This document shows, piece by piece, positions 28,101-40,100 of a DNA stretch of 64,000 nt. Within the stretch, counting starts at the first letter, position 1, and each line of letters opens with the position of its first letter. The notes below the pieces were generated by a model that was not told where the DNA came from, made no database searches, and saw only the letters and a program-made list of their open reading frames with translations. Source of the stretch: Carcharhinus amblyrhynchos (Eukaryota); assembly GCA_965287045.1 (NCBI GenBank), contig OZ336885.1:62806001-62870000 (forward strand), given 5' to 3'. The translations under genes were made by a program, and so were the position numbers.

Positions 28101-31100
28101 CTGTGTCAAACGATTTCAGGAAGACCTAGAGTTTCCCAGGTGGTCGATTCTATGTCAAACAACTTCAGGGAGACCCACTTCTTATTACATGTTGCTGGGC
28201 CGGTTTCTCCCACAATGTTACAGTGAAGTCTCTCTGTCACTTGTATCGGATGAGCCTCTTCCATTTATCGCTGGAGGGGTTCTTCCACTCCTCTCTACTT
28301 AGTAGGCATCGCTGAGACGACTTCTCCCACAATACTCAAGTAACTCCCTCTGCCCCTTCTATCAGCTTTTTTTTTATTCCTTATCTGCAACACATCCGCA
28401 AACTGAAATAATATTATTTATGAATTGTTTATACTTCCGCATCAAAATATTATCTTATAATTTGTAAGTGTGGAGCATAACAACTCGGTCAGGCAGATGT
28501 AATAAATTATTACGATACATTGTTGATGAACATTTCTGAAGATTTTGTCTTCTTCCAGAGTCCATACGGGTCAGTTAACGAATTGAAACCTGAATCATGA
28601 TTTTGGATTTATTTCGAAGAAGGAAAACAAATAAATTTGCGAGAGGCTTGCTTTGCTTTGAAACTCATGTGCTTCCCAGCAGTCATAATTATACAACAAA
28701 GATAAACTGTTAATCAAAATGTTTCCGAGAAATCAGCTTTGCTGAGGAAGGTTATGAAGTGCTTCGTCCCGTGGAGGACGTAATGTTTTTGATATTCGAT
28801 CCTCCATCAGTTCTTGCCTCGTAACATATCTTTAATGTTCATGTTTGTGTCTTTTTTTTTCAATTCTGGCAAAGTGTCAACACCGTTGGTACCGTTCCAG
28901 CCTGAAAGCAGCAAACGTAATGTCATCCGTAAATTTATATCTGATTGTATTGAAACCATACTGATGGAACAATCACCTATTTACAGTTATGGCTATGGAG
29001 TGTCCATGAAAACTTTCGCAAATTTGCATTAAAAAGCAGTTTAGGCCATGTCTCTTTTTGTTGTTGTTGAAGGTTCGAAAAGCTTAAAATCCTCTCTTGA
29101 TAGCTTGTCGTTCACGTTGTTTCATATTATGTCGTTTCCTTACAACTGTTTGCTTATTTAAGTGTCCTTATCCATTTACGAAATTGTTGCGTCAAAAATC
29201 ATGTACTAAAATTAAACATGTTATTCCGCATGTAAAAATAAGACAAATGAATGCATTAGACGTAAATTATGCCACAACCTTTGGAATACTTTCAATGCTG
29301 AAGTTAGATTTCCCCTGAACAGAAGAACACTTGAAAGAAAAAGAGAAAGGTACTTTCTGACTTTGGGTGCTAAGTAAAAATGCTGTTAATTGGGCACAAA
29401 ATGACAATTAATGGAGTGAAAACCTGTTATCTATATCTGTACAAACTGACAAGTCCTCCTCTGAGACTTCTCATTGACCATATCCTATTACGTCATATCG
29501 AGCCAGACAGTTGATGAAAACAGATCAACTGCCTTGCCCTCGGTGGCAAAGTGGTTAGCACTGTGGCCTCACAGCGCCAAAGACCCTGTTTCGACTCCTA
29601 GCTTGAGTCACAGTGTGTGCAGATTCTGTACGTGGAAAGACATGCTGGTTAGGCGCATTGGCCGCGCCAAACTCTCCCCCAGTGTACCAAACAAGCACCG
29701 GAAAGTGGCAAAGAAGTTTTTTTTTCCACAACTCCATTGCACTGTTAATGCTTGACATTAATAAATAAGAAGTAAATAAAAACAACCTCATGTCCAAGCA
29801 AAACACTCAAAACTTGCAATATTTTGTTCATAACATAGAGCTCAAGGGTGAAAAGCAATAACTATGAATGATTAGACAAAACAATTGCATAGATTGACAC
29901 ATGTAAGTTTTTTTCTATTTAGGGAAGCTCTGCGCTAGTTGAAAAATTCAGTTCTTGCTTTGCAACATGTCATGCCGGATGGTTTTATTTGGTGCATACT
30001 TGACTTCTTCTGCAACCTTGCCCCTGGAGTAATGTTATATCAGGTGTTTTGATTTTACCTGGTCAAAAAAAAGAATGTTTTGCATATAGTTCCCCACATT
30101 TGTTTAATTTAACGAAAAAAAAAACACTCTTTAACACTGACACGCCAAGCTGCCTATTTCCGTGTTTGGACACTATTCGACGTTTGATCATTGCGATTCG
30201 TAATATAGTGTAATTTTGTGTAAGTGTGATTATTTCCGTGTGTGCCTGTATCTGTGTGTGTATGTGAGTGTGTGTGTGTGTGTGTGTGTTTGTGTGTGTG
30301 TGTATTGTTTATCCTTAGTGGTCATTTGTGAAATAAAGAGTTTGTGTATGTCATGTTCTTTTTTTTTTCTGTATTTGAGCTTTTCTTTGTTAGATAGGGA
30401 GTGGGGTATTGTTTGTATGTGTATGTCTGTCTGTTTATGTGCCCGATTTTTTCGGTAGGCCAAAAAAAGTAAATATGCTTTTATGTCTGTGATAGAAAAT
30501 CGGTAAAATGCATTAAAAACGTGATCATTACACCTAATTTAGCAAGAGAGAATGACAAACGGTAATTTGATGAATAAATGTAACATCTAAAAACATTGCA
30601 GAATGAAAGAAGTTTGTAATGAGAAGCAAAAACACAAGCGGAAATCAAAAGCGTTGTAATAAATTCAGTGTTTCAACTAATATTTAGTTCAGAGTATCCC
30701 TTAACACATGTACTCTCATGAGTAAATGTATCAAGGGATATCGGGAACGGGCAAGGAAGTAGAGCTGACTGCAGAAAAAGATCAGCCCTGATCTTATTAA
30801 ATTTCGGAACTGGCTCGATGGCTTGATGACCTATCCCTGCTCGGAGTTCCTGTGTTCATACGTTTTGAGTTAAGTATTTTGATTTATGTCATTACGTTCC
30901 AATAAGAAGCAACACAGTTTCCGTACCGGTGACAGGGACCCATAGCAGGAAAAAGACATACACAATGTCATCGAGCAAAATATTAATTGCTACTTTCGTG
31001 AAACAAACATTTTGCTAAGATAGTGGTGTGAGACAGTAGAAGAAAAGAGGGCACAAGAAAACAAATACTGGAGTTGAGAATGGAGTTGTCATGCAGATCA

Positions 31101-34100
31101 ACACATTCCCATTTTGTTTGAAGGTAATGCACACGTGTTTAGTCTACAGCACAATTTTGTAAGGAAGGTGATGTTAGTAGACGACAGATTGACGGAAAAA
31201 TTCAGGAAAGTATGGCAATGTTCAACGAAGAGCTTTTATTTGCAAAGACTGCCTCTTAGAATGTTAAAGAAACCGTACAAGACTTACTGCTCGTGCTTTT
31301 CATCGACGTCCAACTACCCTAATAAAGCCGATTTTCCCAAGAATTGGTGAATTTATTAGCTTGAAGGATATATATAGATAATAATATGTTTGCTTGCTGA
31401 GCTTTAAGATTGACGATTAAAAAAAAACTATTTTTCAAAAACACGATTTTCTTTTTGAATAATCTATTTACTATAACTGAATCAGCAGACTTATGATAGA
31501 GAAGATTTTTTTTAAAATTACCTTTAAACACTTCTGTCAAATCCTCACTAGTCAAGATGTGGAAGTGTTAAGGAGATGAGCGAACTCAGTTCAAAAGTTC
31601 AAAATTGATGGAAGCTGACTGCCAAATTTGATAGAAATAACTTACTAAAATACGAATAATACTGTGTCTCGGTGTACATTGTTAGAAGTGAAAAGAACGT
31701 ACACATTAAATTAAAGGAAACTGGGAAGATAGCTGAAATGAAACGAAACAAATATGAATTTTGCAGGATGTCGAAATATGTAGGTGATCACATTTGTTGC
31801 TCGAACGGAAAGCAGGAAATGAATTTAAGGCATAATTTGTTGGTTATATAACAAAACAGGATGTTGGAATCTCGCTGCTGGTTCTGTAGCCGGAAGATAA
31901 AATGGAATGTAATGCACAAAATTAGCTCTAATTGGATGTCGGACAAATTTCTGTAGTTTCAAGTAATGTGAAATGTCGAATTTAATTAATAAATTATTTT
32001 GCGTACCTAAATCCAAAATGAGCCTGATGCATCAAACAACCTCCCACTCTGCCATATGGATTGTTCGTTTCAAATAGTGCACTGCTCTTCTGCCAAAAGA
32101 AATGCTGAATGTAAACTTATCTGACTTAATGTTCATCATGAATCAGAATTAGCCAAGTGCCAAGAAAAATTAAAAGATGCAGGTAAACATGCTGGCGTTC
32201 GTCTGCATCAAGCTCTGCGAATTAATTTTGGAACTGGGAAAGTAAAACGTATCTGAACTGCAGTGTATTTGACATTGTGTTCTTTGTTAACCTGGGAAAC
32301 ATGATGCATTAAAATTCGAAATGTAGTTTTTTTTTTCAGGGAAATGCTCCATAACAGAATGGAACAGCCATTTACCATCAGTGCCACTCTCTCCAACCCA
32401 CCAAAACTCCTCGCTCCAAACGCATCCCTTATCTCCTCAACTTCCCCATCACCATTCTGTTGGTGCACAATTTCCTCAATTCGTGCGTAACTGCTCAGGT
32501 GCCTTGCCTATTCCTCGTTCTTGACCTTTTGAAGGCATTTAAATACTTTGGCCGCACATTAAGTCGTGCACTCAAAGGGTGGTGAATCTCTGGAATTCTC
32601 TGCCCGTTGAAGTGGTGGAGGCTACCTCGCTAAATATTTTTAAGACGCAGGTTGGTGGGTTTTTGACAAGAGAGGGGATTAAGGGTTATGGGGAGAGGGC
32701 GGGAATGTGGAACTGAGCCACGACAGATCAGCCACGGTCTTATTGAATGGCGGGGCAGGCTCGAAGGGCTAGTTGGCCTCCTCCTGCTCCTATTTCTTAT
32801 GTTCTTATGTTCTAATAGATGTCATACGCGTCAGCTGGCTGCGGTCTCCTACTTCAGCATTGCAGGCGTCTGACTTTGTGTCACACTTCATCACAACAAA
32901 CAGATCTATGTCCACTTGATAAAAATAATTTTATATCTGGCTTTGCTAATTCCATTTGAATTTTCAGAGATATGGAACATTCATTTTGCGATTTAATTTC
33001 GGACGTTTTCCACGACTGTAATTCAAACTGAAGGACCGACAATATATTTCCAAGTCAGCATGGTGAGCTATGTGGGGAAACTACAAGTCGTGGTGTTCAC
33101 AGATACACTCTGCTTTCTCTCCTCTACATAGTACTAGTCGTGGGATTGCAATTATGCAAGCTATGTAACCTCAGCGAGTTCCTGCAGCACACCTTGCAGA
33201 TAGTACGCATTAGTTCCAATGTGTGCTAGCGTTAGATGATTGGAATGTCTCTCGGACTGGCAGAATCAAACAGACTCAGTTGTCTGGCATGTTTTGAAAA
33301 TTGTTCCTTGAAATCGTGGAAACAAATTTCGGAATCAGCAGTTCTATTCATCTCTGCAAAACTCCTAACCTGTTCCTTGATCTGATAGCAATAATATTTA
33401 CATCTCTGGTCCAGTTCAGTTTCGTGTCAATTGTATAAACAATAGCAAAAGTACTGGGGTACTCAGTTATGGTAATCGGTTTGAGTTTCAAGGGGAGATA
33501 CTTAGAGTCCAGAGCCAAAAAAATTACAGCGTCTAAATACGCCTTTTCGCCCAATTTACCATTGCAGCCTTTTTTTTAACTCTTCAGTTAATCTCAATTG
33601 ATCGCATTTAGCTCATGTCCTTCTGCACTCATCTTATCCATGTCTAATGTGTTTTAAAATAGAAAATTGTACCCGACTCTACGACTTAACCTGGCAGTTT
33701 AATTCAGACATTCACAATTCTCTGTGTGAAAAACAAAGGCCCCTCTGGATCTTTTGTATCTCCCTCTTTCTCCCTCCCTCTTATGCCGTCTAGTTTTAGA
33801 TTCCCCTAACTTTGGGAATAGATATTGACTTTCAAGCTGATCTATGTCCCTCATTAATTTATAGACCTCTGTGAGATCAGCCATCAGCCTCCTACGCTCC
33901 GGAGGAAAAAAAAATCCAGTCTATGCAGCACCTCCGTATGACTCCAACAATCATGTCCCGGTAGCATTCTACCGGCTGTCTCTCCGCACTCTTTCAAGTT
34001 TAGCAATATGATTTCTATAATTGAGTGACGAGAGTGTATTACAAGAGTGGTCCCACCCAGGTCTTTTACAACGTCAACAAGGCGTCCCAACTGCTGAATT

Positions 34101-37100
34101 CAACAATTTGACGCATACATGCAATTTAGTTGAAGATAACAATTGTTTGATAATTTTGTGACACTTCTTCGCTTTCTCCTCCCCAGCTTATGCTGGGTCT
34201 AGCTGCATTCGGAAATTGGATGCTTCGTGGCAAACGCAGGCTCTCCGACAGCTGTGATGTGAAAGCAAAGTATTATTCACTGTTTCCCACCACTGTGGCT
34301 CTGGAAAAATATGTCATATGTTTTTTTTAAAAAAACAATCTTGCATTGGACGGATATTTTCCTCTTTCTACATTTTATCACATTTGCAAATTGCATCTTA
34401 TCACTGAACATGGTCATGAACGCCGATAATTTCGTTTGAAGATGCTGAAAACATTCTCAGTTGCATCCAAACGCCCGGTTTCTGATTTGTTATCTGAATT
34501 TTCAACTGCAGAGTGAATGATTTTGAATAAACTATCAATATATTTGCAATGTATACTTCAACACGAAAATGGTAAAACAAAAATGATAAATTAATTTGGA
34601 ATAATACACATAAAGTATGTTAAATCTATTGGGGAATAATATGGTATTACACAAAATGTTTTTTTTCTTGTCGTTAACAGAGAAGAAAATAAAGCAACTA
34701 CTAGAAGGTGAGTGGAGCAATTGGTTGTCCTGTTCCTATGTTTGAATAGTTATATTGTTCCATTAAACGTGCTTTCCAATCGGATCGTATACGAAGCGAT
34801 TTGTATTTCAGAAGTGTTCTGAACTGAGTAAATCCTTCGAGTGAAAGTCATCATTCATGCAAGATAGCTTTGCATGAATGCGATTTTGCACAAGTTGGTC
34901 AGACTCGGGGTTGACACGAACAATGGTCCTGATGGTTTTCAGAAGAACGTCTTGCATTTGCTAATACGATAGTTGATGCGTCACATTTAATTTTCCGATT
35001 CCACTCGATTGATGAGCGATTCCATAGATTGGAAGATAGCGGAAAAAGTGAGACTTTTATTTGGAAAGAGGGGGAGACAAAGACAAGAAAAAATGTTTAT
35101 TTGCAAGTTAGCCCAAAGCCTGTCAGAAGGGAATTACAGGAATTCATTATTATCATATGATAATTGAGCAATTGATAAAACGCAAAGCCACGAGTAACGG
35201 TTACTTTTAAAGGGAAAATGCATTAGCTAATCTGTTGAAGTTATCTGAAGGGCGCTTGCACTGTGGGTGCAGCAGAATCAAGGAGGTGTACTCGAATTGA
35301 ATTTCCAGAACTTATTCAAAAATGTGCAACATCTAACGTTATTGCAGAAAATAAATGTTTAAGTTAGAGGTGGCAATATAAAGGCATGGCTTGAAGAAAA
35401 ACTAGCTTGCAGGCATTATAAAATAGGGATAAATATGTATTTGTCCGGTGGACAGGTTGTGCTGAATTGTTTATTAACGAGATCAGTGCTGATATCATCG
35501 TTCTCTGGAGCAGTGTACCTGGTGGTTGTGGTGAGTGGTTTATTTTCCTTGGAAGTTCTTCGCTGTATTTCCGGTTCGCGGAGTTTTTGCTTACTTTTTA
35601 TGTCCGTAGCGGAAGCTAGGCGAGGGGGTGGTCGGGAAGGGGGAGCGGGGGGTATAAATCAGTTACTCACCCGTGGATCCACCTCATTATTCTCCAGAGC
35701 AGTGTACCTGGTGGCTGTGGTGAGTGGTTGATTTTCCTTGGAAGTTCTTCGCTGTAACTAGCCCAACTGGCGGGGGGGGGGGGGGGGGGGCTATACTGAA
35801 TTTAGCTTTGGGTAACGAGCCGGGTCAGGTGGTTGAGGTTGCAGTAGGCGAACATGTGGCTAACAGTGACCACAAGTCTGCTACTTTAGGGTAAAAGTGA
35901 AAAAGGATGAGTGCTGTCCCAAGGGGAGTGTGCTGAACTGGGGGAAGGCAAGCTATCGCCGGATTAGGCAGGAGCTGATGGACACTGATTGGGAGAGGTT
36001 GTGAGCGTGTAAGACCACGGTTGGCAAGTGGGAGGCTTTCAAGGGAAAACTGAAAAGGTTGCAGGAAAGACATGTGCCGGTAAAGAGGATGGATGGGAAA
36101 GGCAGAATTAGAGAGCCATGGATTACAGCGGACATTGAGAACTTGGCCACGAAGAAGAGAGAGGCACATGTTAGGTCTAAGAACTGGGAACGGAGAGAAC
36201 ACTGGAGGAATACAGAGAGAGCAGGAGGGAGCTCAAATGGGGAGTTAGAAGGGTGAAAAGGGGGCATGAAATGGCTTTGGTGGACAGGATTAAGGAAAAT
36301 CCAAAGGCATTTTACTCTTAAATCAATAACAAAAAGGTGGTTAGAGGGAAAATCGGTCCTCTTAGGGGCAAAGGAGGGGAACTGTGCACAGAGTCTGAGG
36401 CAATGGGGTAGATCCTGAATGAATAGTTTGCGTCGGTATTCAGAAAGGAGAAGGCTTTGGTGTCTTGTAATGTCTTGGAGAGAGCTGTAGATCAGTTGAA
36501 AGAAATGCCCATTATGAGGGAAGAAGTGTTAGGGTTTTTAGGCAGCCTGAAAACTGATAAAGCTCCTGGGCCTTATGGTATTTATCCCAGGCTGCTTAGA
36601 TGGGTGGGAGATTAAATTGTTGGGCCGCTGACGCAAATCTTTGTCTCTTCTTTGGTCACAGGTGAGGTCCCAGAGGACTGGAGGATAGTAGATGTGGCAC
36701 TGCTGTTTTAACAGGGCAGTAGGCTTAACCCTGGTAGTTATAGGCCGGTGAGTTTGACGTCAGTGGTAGGAATTATGTTGGAAAAAATTCTTAGGGATAG
36801 GGCGTATAAGCATTTGGAGCGTTGCGATCTGATCAGGGATACGCAGCATGGCTTTCTTCAGGGAAGGTCTTGCCTTACAAATCTGGTAGAATTTTTTGAG
36901 GAGGTGACAAAAACGGTTGACAAAGGACGAGCTGTTGATGTTTTCTATATGGATTTCAGTCAGGCGTTTGACAAAGTCCCTCACGGTAGTTTGGTAGAAA
37001 AGGTTAAGGCTCATGGGATACAGGGAGAGATGTCTAGATGGATTGAAAACTGGCTAGGCAACATGAGACAGAGTAATAATGGAAGGGTCCTTTCCTAGCT

Positions 37101-40100
37101 GGAGGTCTGTCACCAGTGGTGTGCCACAGGGCTCAGTACTGGGACCTCTTCTATTCCTAATATATATAAATAACTTCGAAGAGGGCGTACGTGGTGTGAT
37201 CAGCAAGTTTGCAGATGACACAAAGATGGCAGGATTGGCGGATAGTGAGGAGGAGTGTGAGGTTGACACAGCAGGACATAGACAGGCTGGTATATTAGGC
37301 AGGTAAATGGCAGATGGAATTTAATCATGATAAATGCGACGTGATGCATTTTGGAAGGAATAATGTAAGGAAGAGTTACATGAGAAAGGGTAGACCTATT
37401 AAGAGTATAGAAATGCAGAGGGACCTGGGAGTGCAAGTGCACAAGTCTCTGAAGATGGCAACACAGGTGGAGAAGTTTGCGAAGAAAGCTTATGGTATGC
37501 TAGCCTTTATAGGAAGGGGTATAGAGTACAAGAGCTGGCGTCTAATGCTACAGTTGTACAGAACGTTGGTTAGACCGCATTTGGAGTACTGCATCCAGTT
37601 CTGGTCACCTTACTGCGGAAGGATGTGGAGACCCTGGAGAGAGTGCAGAGGATGTTTACCAGGATGCTGCCTGGTATGGAAGGACTGGGTTATGAGGAAA
37701 GATTGTGTAAACTGGGGCTCTTTTCCTTAGAAAGACAGAGATTAAGGGGGAATTTGATCGAGGTGTATGAAATAATGAAGCGTATAGATAGAGTAAACAG
37801 TAGCACGCTCTTTCCTAGATTGGAGACAAATATCACGAGGGACCACCAGCTTAGGCTAAGGGGGGAGAGGTATAATTTGGATGCTAGAGGGAGGTTTTTC
37901 ACACAGAGGGTCGTGGGGGTATGGAATGCACTACCAACGAAGGTGGTGGAGGCAGGCACGCTGGACTTGTTTAAGGTTTACTTCGATAGGCACATGAGCG
38001 AAACAGGGATGGGGGTTATAGGACATGGTTTTACGTAAGGATCAGAGCCCCGGAACGTTCCTGGAAATATAATGCTACATCTGTTGATGTTTTGTCTCTT
38101 TTACTCCGCAGGGGCGTCGGTCCACCTTGTTGCCTAACGAGGGGCATGCACACAGTGGGTCATGCGTGGGCTGGTCTTGGATGTTTCGAGAGTGGCCAGT
38201 ACTTCACGTCGTTTGTGTATGCTTAAAACTGGACCAGCGGATGGGCACCACAACAGCTCAGTGACTATCACTGCTAGCTTTGCAGATACATGGATTTGGG
38301 CCAGTGTCTGTGGGAGTTTGTGCATTCTCCCTGTGGTTGTGTGGGTTTCCTCCGGGTGTTCTGGTTTCCTCCCACACCCAAAAGATGTGGTCTTAGGCTG
38401 ATAGGTTGGCGCGGGCTCGTTGGACTGATGGGCCTGTTTCACGTGCTGTGTTGTTCTTTGTCCTTTGTTCTTTATTTCTAAATTTATTGATGACTTTAAA
38501 GGGGCTAAAGTATCTATGTTATATTGGTCTATAGCAGAAAGATAAATAAGATATACATTGTAAAGCTAAAGAGAGGGCATGCAAAATGCAATTTCTTTAT
38601 TATTTTGTGAACAACACACTGGCAACTGGAGTGCAGTGTTAGGAAATATCATTTTTTTCAGGAATAACACTAAAAAACTCATTATTTTGAGAGTGTGAGA
38701 TAACAGACTTCTGCGCTGCTCACAGGTCAAACTGTCCTGATGTGTGGTTGTTATAATGGCAATAGTTTAATGGGAATACGGCTGGGTTGCTATTGTTTAT
38801 TGCATAGAAAATTGATTACTTCATTTTTGGAAGCCATGCCTCAGTTTTGCAAGGTCATGATGAGCCGCAACTTCGCATTGCATGCAGCTTAGAACTCGTA
38901 TTAAAGTAGAAATGAAAATTCATGGGTAGCAGTAAGATATACTCAATTCATTCCAAGTATGGGTGGCTTTACTTACGAGGAAAATCTGCAGAGATAACGT
39001 TTGCATTTGATACAGTTCAACCGTATAAGCAGCAACTTCATCGAAAACAGTCATTCATTAGAAAGTTTTCTCCGTGCAGATATCAGACAATGGACCCGAT
39101 TTACCAAAAAATCGCGCCCAACGGCGGTAAATTAGGGCGTTGGACGAATAACACGATCCACACCCGAAACCAAGCAGATCGCTCCTTTACCGACACCCAA
39201 TTTGGGCGTGGATCCGGTCCGCGCCCCAATTGGGCGGCCCGACGATTTTAATAGATTAGCATTCATTTAAATCTAATTAATGAACCGCGCGCCCAAATAT
39301 ACTGCCAAACCCGGCTTCACTGTCTTTCGATCGGTTACGGGTCAGCGCTGTTACCAACCCGCAGAGTAAAAATCCGAAGCGGATTCCGATTCTGCAGGGG
39401 AATCTCCGAAGCCCATCCTCCTCGACCACCATTCGCAGAATCCCCGCTAATCACCCAGGCAGAGCCGGACTCCCACCCCCGCGGCCGGACCACCCTGGGA
39501 GACAGACCACCACACACCATCCGGCAGGCAACCAACGCCTCCCCCCACCCGCCACCCGCGATCAGACCCGACCCCCCCCCCCCCTCCCCCCAACGGGAGG
39601 CATGCCCCCTTCGGCAGACAACACCCTCCCCCCGCGATCCATTCCCTCCGGAGACACATGGATCCACCTCCCCTCCCCCCGGGAGGCAGCCCGCCCCTGC
39701 GATCCACCCACCCCCGCAATCGGCCCTCCGTCTCCGATCAAACCACCCGGGGAACCATCCCCCTCCCCCTCCGTCGCGATCCGCCCCCCGGGAGGCTGCC
39801 CTCCCCCTCCCTGGCAGATCTCCACCACCGCCCCCCCACCGCACAGCAAGGTTAGGCCCCCTCAGGAAGCAGCCCAACTCCCCGGACGTGGCCTCCTCCC
39901 CACCCGGAAGAGAGTCCGCTCTTGGCAGAGCACACCCCCAATCCAACTTGATTGCTTATCTCCCTCAGCCCCGTACTCGTTGATGTGGAGATGCCGGTGT
40001 TGGAGTGGGGTAAGCGCAGTAAGACGTCTCAACACCAGGTTAAAGTCCTATTGCAGTTTAACGTGGTGTTGCGAAACTTCTTGCTGTGCTTACACCATTC

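Larger units (their letters stand above)
35501..38472 (+). mobile_element. CR1 LINE with repeated 5' leader, internal deletion, disrupted ORF2 (about 35790-38038) and SINE-containing 3' UTR
   Basis: [35 protein letters not shown] and KFADDTK motifs with frameshifts; (TGTTCTT)n-like tail. Confidence 0.92.
35160..38960 (+). mobile_element. Old CR1 (about 35160-35495 and 38475-38960) split by a younger CR1
   Basis: RT remnants break at gatcagtgctg and resume at atttctaaatttattgatgac (ISKFIDD). Confidence 0.6.

Noticed and set aside
28082-28175. CRISPR-like repeat
   Set aside because: Only two diverged adjacent copies in eukaryotic DNA, with no spacers or cas genes.
28730-28750. Possible 21-nt exon EISFAEE
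   Set aside because: Weak gag acceptor and donor, no paralog.
29540-29615. tRNA gene
   Set aside because: A and B boxes continue into SINE body; no full cloverleaf.
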